Source of the DNA: Desulfatiglandales bacterium
Lineage (GTDB): Bacteria; Desulfobacterota; DSM-4660; Desulfatiglandales; Desulfatiglandaceae
DNA length: 64,000 nucleotides
Assembly (NCBI GenBank): GCA_963662465.1
Contig: OY759599.1
Span: 5,440,001 to 5,504,000 of the forward strand
Reading direction: 5' to 3'
Shown here: positions 1 through 8,841 of the stretch, piece after piece
Layout: each line of letters starts with the position of its first letter
Position numbering within the stretch: the stretch's first letter is position 1
Notes under the pieces: generated by a model
The model's input: the letters and a program-made list of their open reading frames with translations, nothing else
Database searches by the model: none
What the model was told of the DNA's origin: nothing
Program-made: the position numbers and the translations under genes

Positions 1-227
1 TGTGTAGGGGAAATAGTAACCACCCGAAAGTCACTGCTTTTGGTTGCCCTTTCCAAAGCAAGAAAAGCCTGGCCCAATCTGTAAACATTTGATTGTAATA
101 GATTATTTTATCATTTGCATTTCCATTTGACCTGCTGATCAATCTATAAAAAATAGTTAGTTTCGACAAAATGATCAAAAAAAGCATAAAATTCAACAAA
201 ATCTGGGTTACTATTTCCATCATACAG
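1..227. mobile_element. MITE-like element with terminal inverted repeats (left end at or just beyond window edge)
   Basis: GGAAATAGTAACC (9-21) is the exact reverse complement of GGTTACTATTTCC (206-218); imperfect similarity extends out to TGT(1-3)/ACA(224-226); AT-rich, no ORF inside. Confidence 0.5.
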
Positions 228-489
228 TTAGTGCGGGAATTTAGCTAAATTGAATACTTTTTGGGGGATACAGATATAATGGTTTTTACGGATTCGATAT
301 GGAAACATTTTGCTCTAATTTCTATTGTGATTGTGGCGAGATATCGGTGTTTGCATTGAATTCAGAAAGCAGTATGAGCGCTGAAAATGGTCCCGAAACG
401 GCCAGGGTTTTCTGGTGTTGGCATCATCCTGGAAAAGTCTGGCTATAGACTACATTTCGGCAAATACGTGATTCAGCACTGGAAACTTC

Positions 490-531
490 TTTACAATATG
501 GCAACTGACCGTTATATTTAGGGCAAGTGCC
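490..531 (+). promoter_or_regulatory. Sigma70 promoter of the TA operon with two candidate operator boxes
   Basis: TTTACA (490-495), 17-nt spacer, TATATT (513-518); GGCAacTGAC (500-509) and palindromic GGCAagTGCC (522-531); RBS GGAGGG before ATG 555. Confidence 0.55.
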
Positions 532-554
532 AATAGATACTCTGGAGGGTTGTC

Positions 555-959
555 ATGCATGTTCTTTCGCTCAACATTAAAACCGACACAACCGATCAAA
601 TGATCGCTCGCCTCAAAGAAGGACTCCCCGCTGAGTCATTTGATCGACTCCGCCAGCGACTGAATATTTCCGATAATGCTCTGGCCAAGATTGTCCAAAT
701 ACCAAAACGGACTTTGGATCGTCGGCGTCAGTCCGGGAAACTGAGGACCGACGAGTCAGAGCGTATTTTTCGTCTTGCCCGGGTTTATGATATGGCTGAG
801 AGTGTGTTTGGCAACCCCAAGAAAGCTGAGAGCTGGTTAAAAAAACCGGCCCGGGGCCTGGGGGGCAAAATCCCCTTGGAATATGCGGATACAGACTTAG
901 GGGCCCTCGAAGTGATCAACCTGCTCGGAAGGGTTGAGCACGGGGTCTTCCCCGGATGA
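555..959 (+). CDS. Type II antitoxin, Xre/MbcA/ParS family (HTH plus toxin-binding C-terminal domain)
   Basis: HTH segment 'LAKIVQIPKRTLDRR', 'ESERIFRLARV', 'AESWLKKPARGLGGKIPLEYADTDLG'; ATGA overlap with RES gene. Confidence 0.9.
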   Translation: MHVLSLNIKTDTTDQMIARLKEGLPAESFDRLRQRLNISDNALAKIVQIPKRTLDRRRQSGKLRTDESERIFRLARVYDMAESVFGNPKKAESWLKKPARGLGGKIPLEYADTDLGALEVINLLGRVEHGVFPG

Positions 960-1429
960 AAATCACTGCATGGCGAATCACAAAAGAAAGACATGCAAAA
1001 GATGCTTTTTCAGGAGAAGGCGCCAAACTGTACGGTGGTCGCTGGAACCCACCCGGATATGCGGCTATATACGCCGCTGACAGTTTATCACTGACCATTT
1101 TGGAATTGATTGTCCATCTGGAAGACGATGAAGATTTGAAGGACTTTGTAGCCATCCCGGTTGAGTTTGATGACACAAAAGTCACCATATTGCCTAAAAA
1201 CAAGCTGCCCGGGAACTGGTCGTGCCTGCCGGTTTCAAATCAAACGCAGGATATCGGGAAAAAATGGCTTGAGGAGGGAAAAAGCCTGGTTTTGGAAGTC
1301 CCGTCCTCAGTGGTTCCCAACGACAGCAATTTTGTCATCAATCCGCTGCACCCTGATTTCCCCTCACTGCAAAAAGGCACTCCCCATCCGTTGAAAATAG
1401 ATCCAAGGGTGGCAAACAGAATTCAGTAA
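956..1429 (+). CDS. RES-domain toxin (NAD+ phosphorylase/mART-like)
   Basis: 'SGEGAKLYGGRWN', 'IYAADSLSLTILE', 'VPSSVVP..NFVINPLHPDF' carry the R-E-S motif. Confidence 0.9.
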   Translation: MKITAWRITKERHAKDAFSGEGAKLYGGRWNPPGYAAIYAADSLSLTILELIVHLEDDEDLKDFVAIPVEFDDTKVTILPKNKLPGNWSCLPVSNQTQDIGKKWLEEGKSLVLEVPSSVVPNDSNFVINPLHPDFPSLQKGTPHPLKIDPRVANRIQ

Positions 1430-1475
1430 AGTCTCCGGCAGTGGCCGGTTTGAACGGCAATGGCGCTTTCTTTCT

Positions 1476-1498
1476 GTGTGAGCGGCTTCCAGCCGCGA
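1476..1498. repeat. Degenerate REP-like palindrome between convergent genes
   Basis: GTGTGAGCGGCTTCCAGCCGCGA with stem GCGGCT/AGCCGC; resembles GTAG-type REP. Confidence 0.4.
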
Positions 1499-1504
1499 AT
1501 GGAA

Positions 1505-2797
1505 TCAAACGGTCAAAATCAATAATTCTCTAACCCGCTGCGCCCGTTGCCGCAACCGCTCAGCCCCCCTTTGGTTCCCACGCTTCGATTCAATAAATGC
1601 CAGTTGATTCAGTGCTTCAAAATGGTCCGGATTCAGATAAACGGCTTTATTAAAAAATGCTTCGGCCTTCGCTTCATTGTGCAGGGCTTCATAAATCAAT
1701 CCCATAAGAAAATGAGCCTCTGCATGCACGGGATTGTCGTCCAAAAACACCTCGCAGAGTTCAAGGGCTTTGGGAAGCGCACCTTGGTCCGCCAGGGTAC
1801 GGGCCTTTAAAAATAGATCGGCCTTTTCTTCGGATGGCGGAACCGGGGCCGTGGGTTCGGATCGATTTGGGTATTCGGGCGCCGTTGTGGAAAGAAGATC
1901 ATTTGCAGCCACGGGTTTCAGGATGGATTTTGCCTTCTTCGCATGAATCCCCCCGTTCAAGGTCGGTCGGGTGGAACGGACCGACGGGGCTGGACCATGG
2001 GACTCTCGGCATCGTTTGCGGCAGGCAAAAACGCCGGTTTCGTGGACGGCGTCAAAGCCCCAGTCCAGGGCAGCCTGCCGCTCCGCGTGACCGCAAAAAA
2101 AGATGCCGGTTTCATCCAGCAATCGACTCATGGTTTCAAGGGTTTTATTCCTTGCCGCGGGACTCATGTAAATCATCAAATTCCGACAAAAAATGACGTC
2201 ATAGGGGCCTCCGACCGCAAACCGCTTATCCAGCACATTGCCGCACTTGAACCGAACCGATTCCCTCACATGGGAGAAGAGTTGGTATCCATCATCCCGA
2301 GGGTGGAAATAACGGTTCCTAAAGCCCAGATCCTTGCCTCGAAAAGACCCCTGCCCGTACACCCCGAGCTTTGCTTTTGAAAGGGCGCCTTCACTGATGT
2401 CAATGCCGTCAATATGAAAACGGTCTTTCTTAATCCCGGCGTCCATGAACGCCATGGCGATGGAAAAGGGTTCCTCACCCGTGGAACAGGGGATGCTTAA
2501 AACACGAAGGGGCCTGCTCGGATTTTTAGAAAGCCGGAAATCCCCTGCAAAACGAACGAGATAATCAAATACTTTCCGGTTCCTGAAAAACCAGGTTTCC
2601 GGCACCACCACCATTTCGATCAGATGGTTCCACTCCTCATTTGAACCGACCAGGTATTTTACATAAGCATCCACATGGGTCAATCCACACCGGTTCATTC
2701 GCCGCCGGATGGCTTTTTTGATCACCTCTCCGCCGATGGCGGCGGCATCCAGCCCGATCTTTTCCTCAAGTAACGATTCAATGATGTTCTGTGTCAT
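1505..2797 (-). CDS. cheR: CheR-type methyltransferase with C-terminal TPR (WspC-like)
   Basis: 'VVVPETWFFR', 'SIPCSTGEEPFS', 'YDVIFCRNLMIY', TPR helices at C-terminus; start taken at MTQN. Confidence 0.9.
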   Translation of the reverse strand: MTQNIIESLLEEKIGLDAAAIGGEVIKKAIRRRMNRCGLTHVDAYVKYLVGSNEEWNHLIEMVVVPETWFFRNRKVFDYLVRFAGDFRLSKNPSRPLRVLSIPCSTGEEPFSIAMAFMDAGIKKDRFHIDGIDISEGALSKAKLGVYGQGSFRGKDLGFRNRYFHPRDDGYQLFSHVRESVRFKCGNVLDKRFAVGGPYDVIFCRNLMIYMSPAARNKTLETMSRLLDETGIFFCGHAERQAALDWGFDAVHETGVFACRKRCRESHGPAPSVRSTRPTLNGGIHAKKAKSILKPVAANDLLSTTAPEYPNRSEPTAPVPPSEEKADLFLKARTLADQGALPKALELCEVFLDDNPVHAEAHFLMGLIYEALHNEAKAEAFFNKAVYLNPDHFEALNQLAFIESKRGNQRGAERLRQRAQRVRELLILTV

Positions 2798-3251
2798 GAT
2801 GAGCATTTTCAAGCGCGGGCAAAAATTGAAAGCTTTCAGGCAAAAGATCTAAATCCACATATTGAATCATTTCTTCATCTTCCATCATCAGGGCGCCCAG
2901 ATACGGCGCTTCTTTCATATGCAGGCCGGGGGTCAAAAAGGCGCTATCTTCTTTCCTCGCGGTTTCCGTAACCCGTTCGGCCATAAGCCCAAGAATATAG
3001 GGAGTATTGTCGTCCTTAAGGTAATCAACCAGGATAACCCGCGTACTCATGCGCATCTCACAGGGTTGTCCCTGAATGAGACGGCGCAGATCAATCACGG
3101 GAACAATAACCCCTCGATAGTTGAAAAGACCGGCAACATAGACCGGCGCATGGGGAACCTCTTTCAGCTTTACGATGGGGGCAACCTCCCTGATCCGATC
3201 GCATTTCATGGTGTACATGATGTTACCCAGATGGAACAGCAATACAAGCAT
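2778..3251 (-). CDS. cheW: CheW scaffold protein (WspB-like)
   Basis: 'VPHAPVYVAGLFNYRGVIVPVIDL', 'LGLMAERVTET'. Confidence 0.9.
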   Translation of the reverse strand: MLVLLFHLGNIMYTMKCDRIREVAPIVKLKEVPHAPVYVAGLFNYRGVIVPVIDLRRLIQGQPCEMRMSTRVILVDYLKDDNTPYILGLMAERVTETARKEDSAFLTPGLHMKEAPYLGALMMEDEEMIQYVDLDLLPESFQFLPALENAHHDTEHH

Positions 3252-3290
3252 GGTTTTTTCCCCGTTACGGAAGGATATCAAGATTAAGGG

Positions 3291-4013
3291 TCAGTATGCC
3301 GCCACAATCCGGTCATAGTGACCGTTTGCCATAATAATGGCCAACCCTTCGTCCAACTTTTCCGCGTAATATTGCGCCTTCGGAAAAGTTTTTGAAAAGG
3401 CCGCGTAAATATTCAAGCTCTCGCTGTCAAAAGCCTTGACGATCTTGCCGGTCATCCCGTTTTCAGCAATAATTTTTTTCGCGGTTTTCTCATAGAGGAT
3501 TGTGGCGTCCAATCTTCCCCTGGCCAGCTTCCTCAAATTCAGCAGATCCGATCTGACCGGAATTTTGACGATGCGGTCATTTTTCGAAAAAAAATCCCCA
3601 TAGCCATAGTCGAACACCACTCCGATTTTCTCACCATGAACCAGATCTTCTTTTTTTTCGGCGGACAAGGGGTTGCCCGTGTTGTGATAATACGCCGAAT
3701 GGGCAATAAAAAGGGGTGTATTTCCAAATATGTAAATCTTTTCGATGGCGCTTTCCCTGGGCACGTTAAAGACCCCCAGGATCAGGCCGTCCTTGACCTC
3801 CTTCAGCAAACGGTTATAGGGACCCACCTTAAAAGAGACATCAACCCCGACGAACTTATACGCCGCCGCGACAATCTCATTGGCCATTCCCGTGCCATCC
3901 GGATTTGCATAAGGCGACCAATCATTTTCAGCTCCCAGGGTGATGGTCTCCGCGAAACTGAGGGAAAAAGACCCTAACAAACATGCCAGAACCATCAAAA
4001 CCTTTCGCGTCAT
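3291..4013 (-). CDS. Periplasmic solute-binding protein (family 3-like)
   Basis: Signal peptide; 'ENDWSPY..DGTGMANEIV', 'LARGRLDA', 'LDEGLAIIMANGHYDRIV'. Confidence 0.85.
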   Translation of the reverse strand: MTRKVLMVLACLLGSFSLSFAETITLGAENDWSPYANPDGTGMANEIVAAAYKFVGVDVSFKVGPYNRLLKEVKDGLILGVFNVPRESAIEKIYIFGNTPLFIAHSAYYHNTGNPLSAEKKEDLVHGEKIGVVFDYGYGDFFSKNDRIVKIPVRSDLLNLRKLARGRLDATILYEKTAKKIIAENGMTGKIVKAFDSESLNIYAAFSKTFPKAQYYAEKLDEGLAIIMANGHYDRIVAAY

Positions 4014-4032
4014 AAAGTCCCTCCCTGCCCTT

Positions 4033-4130
4033 AGCTGTTAGCTATTAGCTGTTCGGTCTGTAGTTGTCTAAATGCTTATCGCGTATCGTTGTTAAGCTAA
4101 AAGCTAAAAGCTGACGGCTAATAGCTAACA
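4033..4130. repeat. Intergenic heptamer repeats (TAGCTGT/AGCTAAA-type) in inverted arrangement
   Basis: ttagctgttagctattagctgt ... agctaaaagctaaaagctgacggctaatagctaac. Confidence 0.7.
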
Positions 4131-4139
4131 AGGCAGCTT

Positions 4140-5792
4140 TCAATTCACTTTAAACCGCGACACCTCATCCTGCAACCCTCTTGCCGCCTCATTTAATTGT
4201 TCAATGGCGTCATAAGATTCGTGAAGGGATTCCATGGTCTGCTGCATCTCTTCACTCAGGTTAACGATGGCGGTATTGATTTCCATGGCGTTTGTGGATT
4301 GCTGCCCCATGGCCACATTTACATTTTCGAAGCTGGGGGAGAGCGCTTTGACCTGCTCGATGATCTTGGCCAGTTGCGCGCTGATCCGACCCACGTCTTC
4401 CGCGCTTCGCTTGACCTCTCCAATAAACTTATCCATCTCCATCACGCCCGCAGAAACCGCCGTCTGCATTTCCTGAACCATCTGCTCAATATCCAGGGTC
4501 GCCACCGCCGTTTGGTCCGCAAGCCGCCTGATTTCGCGGGCCACCACATTGAACCCGCGGCCGTATTCCCCCGCTTTTTCGGCTTCAATGGCCGCATTAA
4601 GGGACAGCAGGTTGGTTTGATCGGCCACCTTGGTGATGGTCACCACGACGGTGGTAATATTTTCGGCCTTCTCGTTGATGGTTTCCAATCGGCCCGAAAT
4701 GGATTTGGATGCGGATTCCATGTTGTGCATGGCCTCTTCCATCCGGCCCAGGTCCGACTGCCCTTTGCCGGCAAATCCGGCGGTTTCCTGGCTCATGGCC
4801 GCTACCTGGTCCATGGTCTTTACCAGTTCATTGGCTACCTGGGAAATCTCCTCCACGGACATCACCACCTTGTTGGTGGATGCCAGCTGGTTGCCCATGG
4901 TGGTCTCCTGCTCCCTGGCGGTGGCGGCCAGTTCCGTGGATGAAGAGGTGACCTGTATGCCGGATCGCTGGACCTGCCCCAGAACCATTCGAAAGGACGC
5001 CGCCATTTCGTCTATGGCTTTGAGCAAAACACCCACTTCATCCTTTCGCCGGGTATCAATGCTGACGGCGAGATTGAAGTCAGATAGCTGGCGGGCAACT
5101 TTTGACACGCTTTTGAGCGGTTTTAACACCAGGGCCCGGAGAAAAAAAATCAGGGAAATCACCAAGACAAACAAAATGAGAAACACGCCAATGCTCTGGC
5201 TGACAATGGCGCCTTCCAATTGCGACCGCGATGTCGCCTCGAATTTATTCGTATCCAGAGATGCATCTTTTTTCAGGGCCTGAATTTTCCGTTTCAGGAC
5301 GGCATCCGAATAAAAAATCTGAAAACCGCCGATTTTTTTATCATCCCTCACACATTCCATTTGGGTAGACAAGTCTTTATTGAGATCGAGATCCTCCGGG
5401 AGTGCGTTGCCGATTTCCACATTAGGATTTCGCCAGGCGGCGGCAAAGGGCTTTCCACGTTCATCCAGCACCTTGATGGCCTCAATTTGCTCGTAGTTCA
5501 TAAAAGGGCGCAGGGACTGTTTAAGGCCTTCCTGGTCCAGATTATACAAATAAGCGGCGCCGATGCCATTCAGGATTTCGTTACTGAAGGCGATGCTCTG
5601 CTTCAGGGAGCGTTTTTCCTCCATCTCCCGGTCATTGATAAGCTCATGGTAACCCCTCAGAATTTCATCCGTAAAAGTATCCACCATTCTAATTTCAAAA
5701 CGGATCAGGATGTATCCACCCAGCAACACCAGAAGACATACGATGCCGGATGTGGATGCCACGATTTTTGTGACGATGCTCCAGTTTTTCAT
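4140..5792 (-). CDS. Methyl-accepting chemotaxis protein (WspA-like)
   Basis: Two TM segments, HAMP, hairpin tip 'ITKVADQTNLLSLNAAIEAEKAGEYGRGFNVVAREIRRLA'. Confidence 0.95.
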   Translation of the reverse strand: MKNWSIVTKIVASTSGIVCLLVLLGGYILIRFEIRMVDTFTDEILRGYHELINDREMEEKRSLKQSIAFSNEILNGIGAAYLYNLDQEGLKQSLRPFMNYEQIEAIKVLDERGKPFAAAWRNPNVEIGNALPEDLDLNKDLSTQMECVRDDKKIGGFQIFYSDAVLKRKIQALKKDASLDTNKFEATSRSQLEGAIVSQSIGVFLILFVLVISLIFFLRALVLKPLKSVSKVARQLSDFNLAVSIDTRRKDEVGVLLKAIDEMAASFRMVLGQVQRSGIQVTSSSTELAATAREQETTMGNQLASTNKVVMSVEEISQVANELVKTMDQVAAMSQETAGFAGKGQSDLGRMEEAMHNMESASKSISGRLETINEKAENITTVVVTITKVADQTNLLSLNAAIEAEKAGEYGRGFNVVAREIRRLADQTAVATLDIEQMVQEMQTAVSAGVMEMDKFIGEVKRSAEDVGRISAQLAKIIEQVKALSPSFENVNVAMGQQSTNAMEINTAIVNLSEEMQQTMESLHESYDAIEQLNEAARGLQDEVSRFKVN

Positions 5793-5807
5793 TGCCGCCT
5801 CATTTGA

Positions 5808-6578
5808 TTATTTTGAAATGTATTGGTTGATAATATCATCATAGCGTCCGCTCTCCCGCAACTGCTTCAGCCCCTCATTAAAATCATCCCGCACCTTTTT
5901 GTCAACAAATCCCACTCGAAAAGAGACCATGGGGAAAATGTACCACATGTCGATAGGTTGCGTTGTATCCACCATGGTGTTTTGCTTTCGATGGTAGTAA
6001 AAGATGTTTTTGTCCAAAACAATAACATCCACGCGATCACCATACAACAGATTGATCTGCAGTTGTTGCTTGCTGATTTCACGGTAATCGGGAGACGCCG
6101 CAGCCGCGGCGGCAAAGTCTTTGCCCAGATACTTCCCGGCGTCCTGAAAGGTCAGAATACTTTTGTCCTTAAGATCAATGATCTTTTGAATGTTAAATTT
6201 ATTTTTTTTTAGACTGATGGCCACATTTTCACAAACAATGTGCTCATCGGACAAAAAGACATCGATTCCGGAATTTTCATTGACCGTCAGCACCCCATCC
6301 ACTTCCCCACCCAGCACTTCCCGAATTCTCCGGGCAAAGGGAACATATTTCGTCTTGATCCGATACCCTTTCATTTCCAGTGCTTCCCGAACAATATCCG
6401 TTTCGATGCCGCATTTTTGTTTCGGGCCACTGCTTTGTTTTGGAATATTGTAGGGCGCAAGCGCCAACCCCACGGCAAAGGTCAGCTCCCTGGGGTCAGC
6501 ATGGACTGTTGGACATAGAAATGCCGCGGCCATTACCGGTATAAAAATAAGGCGGAAAGCCCTTACCAAAATTCTCAC
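5808..6578 (-). CDS. Periplasmic solute-binding protein (family 3-like)
   Basis: Signal peptide; 'GIETDIVREAL', 'RVDVIVLD', 'RDDFNEGLKQLRESGRYDDII'. Confidence 0.85.
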   Translation of the reverse strand: MRILVRAFRLIFIPVMAAAFLCPTVHADPRELTFAVGLALAPYNIPKQSSGPKQKCGIETDIVREALEMKGYRIKTKYVPFARRIREVLGGEVDGVLTVNENSGIDVFLSDEHIVCENVAISLKKNKFNIQKIIDLKDKSILTFQDAGKYLGKDFAAAAAASPDYREISKQQLQINLLYGDRVDVIVLDKNIFYYHRKQNTMVDTTQPIDMWYIFPMVSFRVGFVDKKVRDDFNEGLKQLRESGRYDDIINQYISK

Positions 6579-6600
6579 TGAAAGTCCCCCCTCTTTACAT

Positions 6601-8808
6601 TCAGCCCGTCATGTTTTCATCTGAATGTTCGCTTACCCTGAAATTGGAAACTTCCTGTTGCAGCCCCCTTGCCGCCTCGTTCAGTTGCTCGATGGCTGAA
6701 AAGGATTCCCGCAATGATTCGGAAGTCGAACGGATTTCCCCACTCAGATGGGCCACGGCGCGATTGACCTTATGCGCGTTTTCGGACTGGTGGCCCATGG
6801 CCACGTTGACATCTTCAAAACTGGGGGAAAGGGCCTGGACCTGTTCAATAATCCGCGTCAACTGTCCGCTGATTTTGCCCACATCCTCGACACTCTGCTT
6901 CACCTCGGCAATAAATTTATCCATTTCCATCACACCCGCTGAAACCGCGGATTGCATGCCTTCCACCATCTGTTCGATGTCCAGGGTCGCCACAGCCGTC
7001 TGATCCGCCAATCTGCGAATTTCCCGCGCCACCACTTTGAACCCCCTGCCATATTCCCCCGCTTTTTCCGCTTCGATGGCCGCGTTGAGAGACAACAGGT
7101 TGGTCTGATCCGCCACCTTGGTAATGGTGGTCACCACATTGGTGATATTTTCGGCCTTTTCGTTGATGGCCTCCAATCGACCCGATATGGATTTGGATGC
7201 GGATTCCATGTGATGCATGGCATCTTCCATCCGCGCCAGGTCGCTCTGCCCTTTACTGGCGAATCCGGCGGTTTCCTGGCTTCTTTCAGCCACCTGCTGC
7301 ATGGTGGCCACCAGTTGGGTCGCCACGCTGGAGATTTCCTCCCCCGCCCGGCTCACACGATCCGTTGCCGTCGCCTGTTTGCTCATGGCAGCCTGCTGCT
7401 GTTTGGCGGTGGCCGCCAATTCCGTTGACGAGGACGTCACCTGAACCCCGGACCGCTGAACCTGCCCGACCAAAGCATTTAGGCTATCGGTCATGGTTTT
7501 GATGGAAACCAGCAATTCTCCCGTTTCATCGTCCGGAGATCCGGCAGCATCGCTTTTGCGGTCCTTCACCAGAGATTTCACGGCATCGGCGGCGGATGAC
7601 AGATTTCCTTTGGCGATCTCCCTGGCAATGCCCGTGATTTGAGTAATCCGCTGGGTGACTTTGTTCCCGAAAAAAAGCGCCACCCCCACAATGGGAATCA
7701 GCACCAGAATGCCGCTGATGAGCATCACCCAAAGCATCTGGGTCATGGCGGTTTCCACGTTGTTTTTGACGTTGTGATAATCATCTTCGTAAGTACCCGC
7801 CCCAATCACCCAGTCCCAGGGCTCGAAGTAGGTTAGCGCTGCCACCTTGGCTCGGGGCGTTTTTTCGCCTATGTTTTTCCAGAGATATCGATCATAACTC
7901 ACTTCGTTTCTTTTCAGCTGACCGGCTTTATTCACAATGGACCGAACATAATAGCGACCGTCGGCATCTTTGGAGTCCCATAAATTTTCACCATCCCGCC
8001 GGCCCCCCTTGCTGATGATGTAATGCCCACGGTGAAACATATGTTGACCGCCCAGAACGTAGACATATCCGCTCTTGCCCACTTTCATATCCATAATGGC
8101 CTGGCGCAACGAAGCAGACGCCTTAAAAGGGGATTCAGTGAATAACATTCCGATAATACGACCTTTTTTATTTTTCACACCCTTACAGGCGATGAAATGC
8201 CATCCATTTACAAGATCGGCAATACCGTAGAAAACCTGGTTGTTGAGGATATGCGAAATAACCGGATTGGGAACACCCTTTTGAACGGCCGGCTGGTAGA
8301 TATCCTTGAAACGATGGTTTTTGGAGGAAAAAATGGTCGTAGCAACCAGCACCATGTCGCCTGCTTCATTGACCCGCTGGAACAGACCGTAATTTCCACC
8401 AAACTTTTCCCGAATCAAATCAATGTAGGCCTCCGGCTCGGACAATCCTTCAATCAGCATTTTGGGAATGGCGATGGCTCTCTCTTGCCCGGTTGCAGGC
8501 GTAACGGCCTTTATGGAGACGGTTTCGGACGACAGGGAAAGCCCACCCATTTCTGTAAAAAAACCGTCCGCATCCTGCAGGCGACGGGTCAAATCTTTTT
8601 GAATCATTTTGCTGGTGGCCTCACAGGTATTATGGACCGCCAGTGCAATGTGTTCGATATTTTCGCGGGTGAGGTAATCCAGCTGGTCTTCAATTTTTTC
8701 GGTGACGCTCTTTTTTTCGATGGTGGTCAGAACAAGCATCACCAGCACCGGCAACACCGCCGCGACCACCGGAAGACCAATCACTTTGTGTCTCAGCATT
8801 AATTTCAT
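6601..8808 (-). CDS. Methyl-accepting chemotaxis protein with Cache-type sensor domain (WspA-like)
   Basis: 'KVGKSGYVYVLG', 'GENLWDSKDADGRYYV', 'YFEPWDWVIGAGTYEDD' Cache motifs; MCP hairpin. Confidence 0.95.
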   Translation of the reverse strand: MKLMLRHKVIGLPVVAAVLPVLVMLVLTTIEKKSVTEKIEDQLDYLTRENIEHIALAVHNTCEATSKMIQKDLTRRLQDADGFFTEMGGLSLSSETVSIKAVTPATGQERAIAIPKMLIEGLSEPEAYIDLIREKFGGNYGLFQRVNEAGDMVLVATTIFSSKNHRFKDIYQPAVQKGVPNPVISHILNNQVFYGIADLVNGWHFIACKGVKNKKGRIIGMLFTESPFKASASLRQAIMDMKVGKSGYVYVLGGQHMFHRGHYIISKGGRRDGENLWDSKDADGRYYVRSIVNKAGQLKRNEVSYDRYLWKNIGEKTPRAKVAALTYFEPWDWVIGAGTYEDDYHNVKNNVETAMTQMLWVMLISGILVLIPIVGVALFFGNKVTQRITQITGIAREIAKGNLSSAADAVKSLVKDRKSDAAGSPDDETGELLVSIKTMTDSLNALVGQVQRSGVQVTSSSTELAATAKQQQAAMSKQATATDRVSRAGEEISSVATQLVATMQQVAERSQETAGFASKGQSDLARMEDAMHHMESASKSISGRLEAINEKAENITNVVTTITKVADQTNLLSLNAAIEAEKAGEYGRGFKVVAREIRRLADQTAVATLDIEQMVEGMQSAVSAGVMEMDKFIAEVKQSVEDVGKISGQLTRIIEQVQALSPSFEDVNVAMGHQSENAHKVNRAVAHLSGEIRSTSESLRESFSAIEQLNEAARGLQQEVSNFRVSEHSDENMTG

Positions 8809-8841
8809 GGTTGATGTCCTTGTTTCACCCGCTATTTAAGT

